Shown here: piece after piece, positions 50,645 through 58,705 of the stretch
Position numbering within the stretch: the first letter of the stretch is position 1
Layout: each line of letters starts with the position of its first letter
Assembly: GCA_944326475.1 (NCBI GenBank)
Contig: CALVEC010000010.1
Location: 3,602-67,601 of the forward strand
Source of the DNA: Candidatus Gastranaerophilales bacterium
GTDB taxonomy: Bacteria > Cyanobacteriota > Vampirovibrionia > Gastranaerophilales > Gastranaerophilaceae
Length of the DNA stretch: 64,000 nt
Reading direction: 5' to 3'
Translations under genes and position numbers: made by a program
The notes under the pieces: generated by a model
Told to the model about the DNA's origin: nothing
The model's database searches: none
The model's input: the letters and a program-made list of their open reading frames with translations, nothing else

Positions 50645-50676
50645 TTGTTGAGGTAAATTTTAATTTACCTCAACAA
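50645..50676. repeat. Perfect 15-bp inverted repeat
   Basis: TTGTTGAGGTAAATT-TT-AATTTACCTCAACAA. No U-tail on either strand. Confidence 0.7.
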
Positions 50677-50824
50677 ACGGACTTTAAACCGATTGTATCA
50701 AACAAGTTTTTTGAACGTTCATTTTTTTCTTTTGTTGTGGGCAAAAGAGAAAAAACGGAACCAAAAAAGAGAAAATACGCTTATCAAAACAGACTCTAAG
50801 CGCATAAAATAGTATGTCATCCTG

Positions 50825-50970
50825 AAGCGGATTTTCGGACGGGCGCCGTGTGAACGAAGTGAACCCAGCCCGGGGAGCGAGCGCGAAGCAGACGGCAGCG
50901 CAGCGTAGTCTGCGACAGCAGCGAGCGAGAAGAAAATCCAAGACGCTTGTGTTCAGGATCTGTACAAACA
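50825..50970 (-). repeat. Expanded, GC-rich member (copy E) of the intergenic structured repeat family; long hairpin
   Basis: TGTCATCCTGAAGCG matches copy B (TGTCATGCTGAAGCG). Arms ATCCTGAA (50829-36) / TTCAGGAT (50962-69), plus GGATTTTC (50839-46) / GAAAATCC (50942-49). The interior is strikingly GC-rich relative to its flanks. Confidence 0.5.
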
Positions 50971-51094
50971 CAGAGGGTAGCAATAATCCCCGCGTAATGA
51001 AAAAACAACCCCCCGAATTTCCGGCAAAATATAAAAACAGGCTGTACCGTCTGCATCGCGCGGGGTGTATGTGCCAACACAGGGATAATGCTTA

Positions 51095-51988
51095 TTAACA
51101 AGCTTTTGGCACCGGTCGGCAATATAAAACTTCACTATGGGGCTTTTTTCTTAAGACTACCTGACCGTTGCACTTTATGACGGCATCTTCTTTTATAATT
51201 TCTCCGACAGTATCTGCGGTTATTATTCCTGATTTAGGATTTTTGACAGACACTATATGCCCTTTTATATCAGCCTTAACATCCGAGTATTCAAAGGCAA
51301 GGTCTGTATTTTCCATGGTGCAGTTTATAAGCTTTAGGTTTTTACAGTAGCAAAGCGGCTGGGTGCCTGTTATTTTGCAGTTTACAAAGGTAAGATTTTC
51401 TGAAAACCATCCGAGATATTCGCCCTTGACCTCTGAATCTTCGACAAGTACGTTTTTGCTGTGCCAGAAGGCGTCTTTTGTGTCAAGTGTTGAATTTTTA
51501 ATATGCAAATTTTTCATGTATTGGAAAGAGTATTTGCCGGTCATTTTTAGGTTGTTGATTTCAACGTTCTTTGACTCAAACAAAAAATACACGGAATCTA
51601 TTGACGAATTTTCTATTTTTATTCCTTTGCAACGCCATCCGAACTCGTCCGATACAATTTTTGAATTTTCTATAACAACATTTTTGCATTCTCTCAGGCA
51701 TTTTATACCTTTTATTCTGCTGTTTTCAATTATTCCTTCAGTGCAGTACCACAGCGGCGCTCTGGTCTTTTCATCCATTGTAGAGTTTTTAAGAATAAAT
51801 CGTTTTCCGTGCCACATAGGGTAGCGCAGCGAAAAAGAGCAGTCACTTACAGTGTAGTTTCTTGCTTCTTTCAATACTGACTCTCCGTCCGCCGGTCCTT
51901 CAAATTGGCAATTTACTACTTCTGTATTTCTTAAATTGTATAGTGAACGTTCTTCGTCAAATGTTTTGTTTGTAATCTGTTTTTTCAT
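51095..51988 (-). CDS. DUF3737-family protein (right-handed beta-helix-like repeats)
   Basis: ...ITNKTFDEERSLYNLRNTEVVNCQFEGPADGESVLKEARN...RYPMWHG... matches my recollection of DUF3737. The ATG at 51988 has an AGGAA SD. The track uses TTG 52024. Confidence 0.65.
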   Translation of the reverse strand: MKKQITNKTFDEERSLYNLRNTEVVNCQFEGPADGESVLKEARNYTVSDCSFSLRYPMWHGKRFILKNSTMDEKTRAPLWYCTEGIIENSRIKGIKCLRECKNVVIENSKIVSDEFGWRCKGIKIENSSIDSVYFLFESKNVEINNLKMTGKYSFQYMKNLHIKNSTLDTKDAFWHSKNVLVEDSEVKGEYLGWFSENLTFVNCKITGTQPLCYCKNLKLINCTMENTDLAFEYSDVKADIKGHIVSVKNPKSGIITADTVGEIIKEDAVIKCNGQVVLRKKPHSEVLYCRPVPKAC

Positions 51989-52125
51989 AAAACAAGTTCC
52001 TGTGACATTTTTATGAGTATTCAAACCGCAATTTTACTCTTATATATTGATTATTTACCATGTTTTTAAAAATAGCAAATACTTATATTCTATTACTGGC
52101 TATGCTTGTAGGGCATAGATTAATA

Positions 52126-53670
52126 TTAATCATGTTTTTTAATTTTAAGGAAGAAAGCCCATGGAATCAGGAAAAATGCAATCAATGCAAATATTTCAAA
52201 AACATCCACATATGCCATAAGTCTTGATTGTTCCTGCAGACTCAAGTACATCATTGCCTGCGCTTTGTGGTTTGCAAAAACTGAGTATCCTGACATAAAC
52301 TTGTGAGCAAGCGCTGCTACTTTTTGCTGGAAAATAGGATTAAACGGCGAAACATTTTCAACAAGGTATGTCTGGTGAACCTGAGAGAGTCTTGCGACAA
52401 GCGTTGATGAAAGTGAAATAACAAATGCTGTTGTTACGCATTTTGCAAGGCTGTGAAGTCCGGCACCGTTAGAAAGCTCGCTCTTGGGCAGTGTTGCAAG
52501 TACCAGTCCCGATATGGGGATGAAAGTCATTATAACGCCTATACCCATCAATATGTTGGGAATAATAACGTACCCGAAGGAAATTGAAAGGTTTAAGTTT
52601 GCGTACATAATTGTTGAAATTGCAAGGAATAAAAAGCCTACGGAAACGAGAATCCTGTTGTCTATTTTTTCAACCATAGGACCGATAAGAACAAGCATAA
52701 CAATGCAAGATAGGACTCTCGGGGCTAATGACATACCGCCTAATGTTGCAGTGTAACCCATCATTCTTTGAAGAAATTGCGGCAGGAGAACTATTGTTAC
52801 ATAGATAATCATGTTTACTGAAGAACCGAGAACTGTGCCGATAAAAAAGTTTTTATCTTTGAAAACCCTGAGGTTTACAACTGCGGTTTCACTGTCGCAT
52901 TCCAGCTCCCAGACAATAAAGAAGATAAATGAAAACAGTGAAATAGCTGACAGTATGCAAATCCACGGGGTTCCAAACCAGTCGTACTGCTGACCTTTGT
53001 CGAGTACGACCTGCATTGTTAAAAGCCAGATTGTTAACGTAATAAGCCCTACCACATCAACTTTTTTAGGTAAAACTCTGTTCTCCTGGTCTTTTACATT
53101 GCAGTGAATAAGTATAATAGAAAATATACCGACCGGAATGTTTACAAGGTAAATCCATTGCCAGGAGAGATTATCAACGAGAAAACCTCCGAAAGTCGGT
53201 CCCATAATTGAAAATACCATAACTGCAAAGGCAAACAGCGCCATTGCCTGCCCGCGTTTTTCAAACGGAAATGCGGCTATAAGTATGGCTTGAGATATTG
53301 GCATCATCGGACCGCCGCCAATTCCTTGTATCAGCCTGCCTAAAACCATTAAATTTAAGCTGTGGGCAAATGCGCATACAATTGATCCTAAAGTAAAAAG
53401 TGTAATAAAAAGTTTCAGGAACTTGTTGCGTCCGAGCAGGTTTTCAAGCCATCCTGTTAAAGGGATTAGAACGGCGTTGGCTATCATATAACTTGTAATA
53501 ACCCAGTTTGCTTCATCCAGTGTTGAACCGAAGTAACCTGCAATATGCGGGATTGCAACGTTTGTTGCTGACGTCGCAAGCATTGCAAATGACGTAGGCA
53601 GAAGGATTGTGAACGCAATCAGCCAGAGAGGTGTTTCTTTTTTTATAACCGCAACGGAATTTACAGCCAT
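52126..53670 (-). CDS. emrB: DHA2-family MFS efflux transporter (EmrB/QacA-like), module 2
   Basis: 514 aa. Roughly half its residues align identically by eye with 35260..36816 (e.g. GRLIQGIGGGPMMP, GPTFGGFLVDNLSWQWIYLVNIPVG). Confidence 0.9.
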   Translation of the reverse strand: MAVNSVAVIKKETPLWLIAFTILLPTSFAMLATSATNVAIPHIAGYFGSTLDEANWVITSYMIANAVLIPLTGWLENLLGRNKFLKLFITLFTLGSIVCAFAHSLNLMVLGRLIQGIGGGPMMPISQAILIAAFPFEKRGQAMALFAFAVMVFSIMGPTFGGFLVDNLSWQWIYLVNIPVGIFSIILIHCNVKDQENRVLPKKVDVVGLITLTIWLLTMQVVLDKGQQYDWFGTPWICILSAISLFSFIFFIVWELECDSETAVVNLRVFKDKNFFIGTVLGSSVNMIIYVTIVLLPQFLQRMMGYTATLGGMSLAPRVLSCIVMLVLIGPMVEKIDNRILVSVGFLFLAISTIMYANLNLSISFGYVIIPNILMGIGVIMTFIPISGLVLATLPKSELSNGAGLHSLAKCVTTAFVISLSSTLVARLSQVHQTYLVENVSPFNPIFQQKVAALAHKFMSGYSVFANHKAQAMMYLSLQEQSRLMAYVDVFEIFALIAFFLIPWAFFLKIKKHD

Positions 53671-53681
53671 CCTGAAACCCC

Positions 53682-54770
53682 TTACTTAACCTTTACTTCC
53701 GGTACAACAGACATACCGGGGACTATGTTGTATTTTGAAATGTCTTCCGTAAAGAGAATTTTTACGGGTACACGCTGTACGATTTTTACATAGCTGCCGA
53801 CGGCATTTTCAGGAGGGAAAAGGCTCGATTTTGCACCGGTTGCTCTTTGTATACTGTCAACTTTGCCCTTAAATTTCTTGCCGCGGTATGTGTCTACTTT
53901 TATGGTAACCGGCTGTCCTTTTTTCATATTTGCAAGCTGTGTTTCTTTAAAATTTGCAACAATCCAGATGTTTTCGGGTACTATAGCAAACATGGGCTGT
54001 GCAACCTGAACATAGTTGCCCTGCTCTACTGTTCTTGAGGTAATGTTTCCGTCTTCGGGCGCATAAATTTTTGTGTAAGAGAGATTCAGTCTTGCTTCTT
54101 CAACTTCAGCTTCCAGCCTTTTTATTTCAGCAACAGAAGCATCTTTTTTTGCTTTAGCCGACTGCAACGCTGAGTGAGCTGCACTCTCTCTGTCCATTGC
54201 GGCTTTATGATTTGATTTTGCTACAGTGAGCGATGTTTTGCTGGAGTCATATTCCTGTTTTGATGATATTCCCTCTTTGTACATATCTGTGTAGCGTTTG
54301 TAATCTTTCTGTGCAAAGTCAAGTTTTGAACGGGTCGCGTGTATATCCTGTGCGGACTGGCTCAAGTTTGATTCTGCCTGATTAATTTGCTTTTCGGATA
54401 TATTTAAAGCCGCTTTTGCTTCTTCAAGGCGTGCTTCTTTTTGTTTTAAAACCGCTTCATAGTCGTTAGGGTCAATTACAAGAAGCAAGTCTCCCTTTTT
54501 AACCGGCTGGTTATCGGTGATAAGCAGTTCTTTAACCTGTCCTGATACTCGCGGTGCAATTGATATAATATGTCCTTCAACAAACGCGTCATCCGTTGAC
54601 TGGAAGTGGATTGAGTGAATTGCAAAATAAATGCCTAAAATAACAAATGCAACCGCGGCTATTGTCGGGACAATAACCCTTTTCTTCATATAGCTCGGGC
54701 GTGTATCGTCTTCGTTTTTTGTTATTTTTTTCAGTTCGTCATTATCTTTTTCAGTTTCGTTAGTGCTCAT
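53682..54770 (-). CDS. emrA: HlyD/EmrA-family periplasmic adaptor, module 2
   Basis: 362 aa. TDDAFVEGHIISIAPRVSG and ...LSYTKIYAPEDGNITSR...PPENAVGSYVKIVQRVPVKILF, closely parallel to module 1. Confidence 0.9.
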   Translation of the reverse strand: MSTNETEKDNDELKKITKNEDDTRPSYMKKRVIVPTIAAVAFVILGIYFAIHSIHFQSTDDAFVEGHIISIAPRVSGQVKELLITDNQPVKKGDLLLVIDPNDYEAVLKQKEARLEEAKAALNISEKQINQAESNLSQSAQDIHATRSKLDFAQKDYKRYTDMYKEGISSKQEYDSSKTSLTVAKSNHKAAMDRESAAHSALQSAKAKKDASVAEIKRLEAEVEEARLNLSYTKIYAPEDGNITSRTVEQGNYVQVAQPMFAIVPENIWIVANFKETQLANMKKGQPVTIKVDTYRGKKFKGKVDSIQRATGAKSSLFPPENAVGSYVKIVQRVPVKILFTEDISKYNIVPGMSVVPEVKVK

Positions 54771-54795
54771 TGATTTCTCCTATAAAAATGTAGAA

Positions 54796-55254
54796 TTACC
54801 AGATTTGTAGCTGCGCATGCTTTTCAAGGTTGTCGCGCATTTTGTCCAGAACGTTCAGGCAGGTTTCCAGCTCGTTTACCGGAATATTTTCCGTTGCTTT
54901 GTCTCTGAGGTTAAGCATAAAAGGTTTTATGCTTGCGTGAAGCGCCTTGCCTTTGTCGGTTACAACTATCTTAAAAACCTTCCGTCCGTTAACGTCAGGC
55001 ACCCTTGTTACAAGTTCTTGCTTTTCTAATATATTGATAAGCCTTGTCATGTTAGGGCGGTCTTTGTAGCTCATTTCACAGATTTGGCGCTGATAAAGCT
55101 CGCCCGTTTCAACGAGAATCGAGAGTATAAAATACTGTTCCGGAGTTATCGGAAATTTTTCGCGAGCGTACATTCTAAGCGTTGCAACGCGTGAGAGCAA
55201 ACCTGCAACCATAAGATTGTATAAGACTTTTTTGTTTAAAAAGCTATTCGGCAT
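54796..55254 (-). CDS. MarR-family transcriptional regulator, module 2
   Basis: 152 aa winged helix (...QRQICEMSYKDRPNMTRLINILEKQELVTR...). Upstream of emrA/emrB and divergent from a TolC-family gene. Confidence 0.85.
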   Translation of the reverse strand: MPNSFLNKKVLYNLMVAGLLSRVATLRMYAREKFPITPEQYFILSILVETGELYQRQICEMSYKDRPNMTRLINILEKQELVTRVPDVNGRKVFKIVVTDKGKALHASIKPFMLNLRDKATENIPVNELETCLNVLDKMRDNLEKHAQLQIW

Positions 55255-55350
55255 AATTTTTTATCAGGCAAAACTGCGGAAATCCTTTTATATCAGTGCA
55301 GCAGCTTCCCTGCCTCCAACCTTTGATTTTTGTACTTGTGTAAAAATCTT

Positions 55351-55374
55351 TTTGTGTTATTATGATAACACAAA
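55351..55374. promoter_or_regulatory. Candidate MarR operator in the divergent marR / tolC-like intergenic region
   Basis: TTTGTGTTAT-TATG-ATAACACAAA, with perfect 10-bp arms. It shares the GTTAT/ATAAC half-site with the module-1 site. Confidence 0.5.
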
Positions 55375-55446
55375 AAAATAAAATTCAAGAAAATTTTTAA
55401 AGAAAATTTTTACACTGGTTTTAAACGACAATTGGGATGAAACATT

Positions 55447-56820
55447 ATGAAAAAGATTTTAGCTGCACTGCTTATAGCCGTATTAATCTGTCCTGCGGCT
55501 ATTGCAAAGAAAAAAGATGAACAGCCTGCGCAGGGGCTTCAATACATTAACTTAACCTGGTGGGAAAAGTATAATGACCCTATTCTTACTGAATATCAAA
55601 GCAGGCTCTATGAAAAGAACCCTGATTTAAAAATAGCGTCGCTGAAAGTCAAAGAGGGCGAGAAAATTGTTAAAATATCTTTGGCAAATGAGTTGCCGCA
55701 GTTGAGTTTTGACGGTCAGCTAAACAGGAATTTCAAATCAAGCGACCTTTATTTCGGGCAAATGACCATTCCGAGTTTTAAGCAAAGCGAGCTGCAGCTT
55801 CCGCTTACAATGAGCTATGAAATAGACATCTGGGGCACAAACCGGTTCAGAACAAAAAGTGTTGAAAAACGCCTTGAGATGGTTAAACAGGATGAGCGAG
55901 CAAGCTATATTATGCTGACATCTGCGTTTGCGGCGGATTATTTTAATCTTGTCCGTGTGGACAAACTTCTTGAACTGCAAAAGCAGATTGTAGATATCCA
56001 GACAGAAATTGTTAAAAAGACTGAAACAAAGTATAAAAACGGACTTTGTTCAAAAACTGATCTTTTAAACGAGCAAAAAGCTCTTACATATCTTAAAGAA
56101 GAAAACAATACTCTTGAAGACAGGCAGTGTCTTCTTGTAAACCAGCTAAAATCTTATCTTGCAGCCGGAGCTGACGAAGAAATAAAGAGAGCGGATTGCG
56201 ATGAGTTAACGCTGCCTTCCGGGCTTCCTGATAAATTTGATTCAAACATTATAGAAAACCGTCCGGATTATCTGAGAGCCGAGGCAAATATAAAGCGTGC
56301 AGGATATGACGTCAAGGTTGCAAGACGTGAGTTTCTACCGCGGTTTGTTATTTTCGGGCAGCTTGGCTTCAATGCTTATCAGTTTGCAAATCTTTTTAAT
56401 TCGCCGGCGCAGATGGCGGCTGCAGGCATATTGCCTCAGTTTGACCTTTTTACCGGCGGTCGTAAGTTTGCTGTATTAAAATTAAGAAAGCTCCAGTATG
56501 ACGAAGCTTTGCAGACTTATCAAAAGGCGATACTCACTTCTATTCAGGAGGTTAACGACAGTTTGAGCATGGCTCATTCAGCTCAAAAAACTTATAAAGA
56601 GGATGTTGACAGGCTTGCATATCAAGAGGAGATGTTTGACCTTCTGACAAAAAAATCACAAATAGGTGCAGCATCTAATCTTGAAGTCTTATATGGAACG
56701 CAAGCGCGCCTTTTAACCGAAAAAGAACTTGTAAGCGGAAAAATTAATCTGCTTATTTCTTCAATAAATATATATAAGGCAATCGGCGGCAAAGATTTGT
56801 ACGAGGCAAAAAATCTTTAA
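55447..56820 (+). CDS. TolC/NodT-family outer membrane efflux protein, module 2
   Basis: 457 aa. Signal peptide with a possible lipobox-like ...AVLIC. OMF repeat architecture and a C-terminal ...IYKAIGGKD. Paralog of 4836..6188. Confidence 0.85.
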   Translation: MKKILAALLIAVLICPAAIAKKKDEQPAQGLQYINLTWWEKYNDPILTEYQSRLYEKNPDLKIASLKVKEGEKIVKISLANELPQLSFDGQLNRNFKSSDLYFGQMTIPSFKQSELQLPLTMSYEIDIWGTNRFRTKSVEKRLEMVKQDERASYIMLTSAFAADYFNLVRVDKLLELQKQIVDIQTEIVKKTETKYKNGLCSKTDLLNEQKALTYLKEENNTLEDRQCLLVNQLKSYLAAGADEEIKRADCDELTLPSGLPDKFDSNIIENRPDYLRAEANIKRAGYDVKVARREFLPRFVIFGQLGFNAYQFANLFNSPAQMAAAGILPQFDLFTGGRKFAVLKLRKLQYDEALQTYQKAILTSIQEVNDSLSMAHSAQKTYKEDVDRLAYQEEMFDLLTKKSQIGAASNLEVLYGTQARLLTEKELVSGKINLLISSINIYKAIGGKDLYEAKNL

Positions 56821-56918
56821 ATTCTATTCAACCTTCCCCCGCGTCGGGGGAGGCTGGGAAGGGGAGCGGTATGACGTCTTGTTGGTTGCCTGATATAATC
56901 GACGCAACATGTTTGCTT

Positions 56919-57022
56919 CTGTCATGCTGAAGCGCGAGGCTTTTGTGTCCGCTTTAATATCTCCATGTTCAGCATCTTACCGGCGCGGCGTTTAGCGAAA
57001 AATGCGGAATTAAGTTAAAAGC
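56919..57022 (-). repeat. Intergenic structured repeat, copy B (full length, minus orientation)
   Basis: The reverse complement aligns with copy A over about 95 nt and with copy C over its 5' about 60 nt. Perfect 8-bp arms ATGCTGAA (56924-31) / TTCAGCAT (56968-75). Confidence 0.7.
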
Positions 57023-57070
57023 AGAAAAATACGTTTTTAGCTTTTTGTTTCACCCGTCCGGAAATCCGCT

Positions 57071-57457
57071 TCAGCTTTCGGTGATGGAGACGTTTGTGAC
57101 GCCGGCGTTGCGTGCGGAATCCATAACCTTAACAACAGCACCGTGCGTTGACTCAGGCTGTGCAAGAATCATCACCCCGTCCGGAAAATCTTTTGAACTG
57201 TCTTTTATAAGCGCTTCAAGCTTTTCTGGACGGATTTCATTGTCACCGAGGAAAAATCTGTCATCATTTGTGACTGTAATATTCAAAAGCTTGTTGTCTT
57301 TGACCTCCGTTACCTCAACGTTATTAGGCACGGACAGATTAAGCCCCTGCTGGTCTAAAAGCGGCGCAATAACCATCATGATAATCAAAAGCACCAGAAA
57401 GATGTCTGTGAGCGGTGTTATGTTGATTTCATTAAACGTATTTCTTTCTCTTGACAT
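57071..57457 (-). CDS. exbD: ExbD/TolR-family biopolymer transport protein (second copy)
   Basis: 128 aa. ...FNEINITPLTDIFLVLLIIMMVIAP TM segment plus a periplasmic domain. Confidence 0.9.
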   Translation of the reverse strand: MSRERNTFNEINITPLTDIFLVLLIIMMVIAPLLDQQGLNLSVPNNVEVTEVKDNKLLNITVTNDDRFFLGDNEIRPEKLEALIKDSSKDFPDGVMILAQPESTHGAVVKVMDSARNAGVTNVSITES

Positions 57458-57469
57458 TTTGCACTCCTG

Positions 57470-57949
57470 TTATTCCTCGGATGGTATTTCCTGCAGCCGG
57501 TTTCTTGACGATGTCTGTTCAAGTTTTTTCTGCTCTTTTTTTGAGAGCGGTTCGCCGGCAACAATCAGTTTTTCAAACTCTGCAGACTGCGCTGCCTGCA
57601 TTATTTTCATAATTTCTCGGCTTTTTGCACTTTCGTCCGCTTTAACTACAACTTCTTTTTTTTCAAGCGATGGCTTTAGCGCCAAAAGCTCGGGCACAAG
57701 TCTGTCTTCCGTTATTTTTTTGCCGTTGACAAACATTGAACCGTCCTTTGTCACAGCGACCACTGCGTCTTTTGCCTCAACCGACAGTCCGCTGTTTATT
57801 TCAGGCACTTTTATGTTGTTGTCAATCGACTGGAACGTCGGTGCAATAACCATCATGATAATCAATAGCACCAGAAATATGTCTGTGAGCGGTGTTATGT
57901 TTATTTCCGTAAATAACGCTTCTTTTCCTTTTGAAGTTTTAAAAGCCAT
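57470..57949 (-). CDS. exbD: ExbD/TolR-family biopolymer transport protein (first copy)
   Basis: 159 aa. ...FTEINITPLTDIFLVLLIIMMVIAP, with a longer C-terminal tail. Confidence 0.9.
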   Translation of the reverse strand: MAFKTSKGKEALFTEINITPLTDIFLVLLIIMMVIAPTFQSIDNNIKVPEINSGLSVEAKDAVVAVTKDGSMFVNGKKITEDRLVPELLALKPSLEKKEVVVKADESAKSREIMKIMQAAQSAEFEKLIVAGEPLSKKEQKKLEQTSSRNRLQEIPSEE

Positions 57950-58005
57950 TTTTGTATCCTTGTATTCAACAATAGTGAGACTTTTGTGCCCGTGTTATTT
58001 GAAAA

Positions 58006-58653
58006 TTACAGGGCAATATTTGTTTGCTGCTGCAGAGTAACGTCGTCTTCGCTGTCCACAAAGCTTAAGAACAAGAGTTTTATAAGCTGGAAGTCGTCTT
58101 CAAACCGCTTAACAGTGGACTGGAAGTAGTTGTAGAAGATTACCGCAACTATAGCAACCCCGAGACCTAAAGCCGTTGCAATAAGAGCTGACGCAATACC
58201 TGATGCAACCGCCGCAGACTGGTTGCCCTGCACCGCCAAATCCTGGAAGGTATAAAGGATTCTTACAACAGTACCGAACAGACCTAAGAACGGGCAGACA
58301 CCGCCGATTGTACCGAGGATGGTGAGATGGCTTTCGAGCTTGCGTGTGGCAAGGCTTGCTGCAATATCAAACGAACGCGAGAATCCTGTTCTCTGCTCGG
58401 AGAAGATACGAACGGCTTCTTCCGAAACTTCGCCGATGATTCCTCCCAACTGAACGCTCAAATTCTGCGCGCCGTCAAGATTGTTTCTTGCAAGCTCTTT
58501 TTGGATTTTAGGTATAAATTGAACAACGTCTCTTTTGTTTCTCTTGTAATAATTAAAACGGTTTATTGCAACCCCGATTGTCAAAAACGAACAAATAAGA
58601 ATCGGCGCGACAATCCAGATGTCCTCAATCATTGCGTTCAGTAGTAATTCCAT
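58006..58653 (-). CDS. exbB: MotA/TolQ/ExbB-family proton channel protein
   Basis: 215 aa, three TM helices. ...LTILGTIGGVCPFLGLFGTVVRI... motif. Confidence 0.9.
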   Translation of the reverse strand: MELLLNAMIEDIWIVAPILICSFLTIGVAINRFNYYKRNKRDVVQFIPKIQKELARNNLDGAQNLSVQLGGIIGEVSEEAVRIFSEQRTGFSRSFDIAASLATRKLESHLTILGTIGGVCPFLGLFGTVVRILYTFQDLAVQGNQSAAVASGIASALIATALGLGVAIVAVIFYNYFQSTVKRFEDDFQLIKLLFLSFVDSEDDVTLQQQTNIAL

Positions 58654-58705
58654 AGTTTTTCCTCTTTTCTTTATTGTTGCCTGTAATTATTTTTGTAAGT
58701 GACGC

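Noticed and set aside
50825-51095. GC-rich island as tmRNA, RNase P RNA, SRP/4.5S RNA, 6S RNA or a group II intron fragment
   Set aside because: On either strand I could not find the tmRNA acceptor/T-arm ends, the RNase P GAGGAAAGTCC box, the SRP domain-IV GGAAGCAGC-type motif or an intron domain V. The interior of the hairpin pairs poorly, unlike 6S. A covariance-model scan is still needed.
50684-51135. Four overlapping 60-101-aa ORFs on both strands of the GC-rich island
   Set aside because: They are mutually overlapping in several frames, Arg/Cys/Ala-rich, and lack SDs. The region is better explained as structured non-coding DNA or RNA.
56836-56850. CCCCCG-CGT-CGGGGG hairpin as an intrinsic terminator of the OMF gene
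   Set aside because: The stem is short and no T-run follows. It may help termination together with the adjacent repeat, but it is not a confident call.
57045-58040. 331-aa plus-strand ORF spanning both exbD genes and their spacer
   Set aside because: It is antisense to two well-supported ExbD genes. The product is Ser/Phe/Leu-rich low complexity with no motif or SD. The open frame is explained by the codon bias and duplicated sequence of the sense genes.
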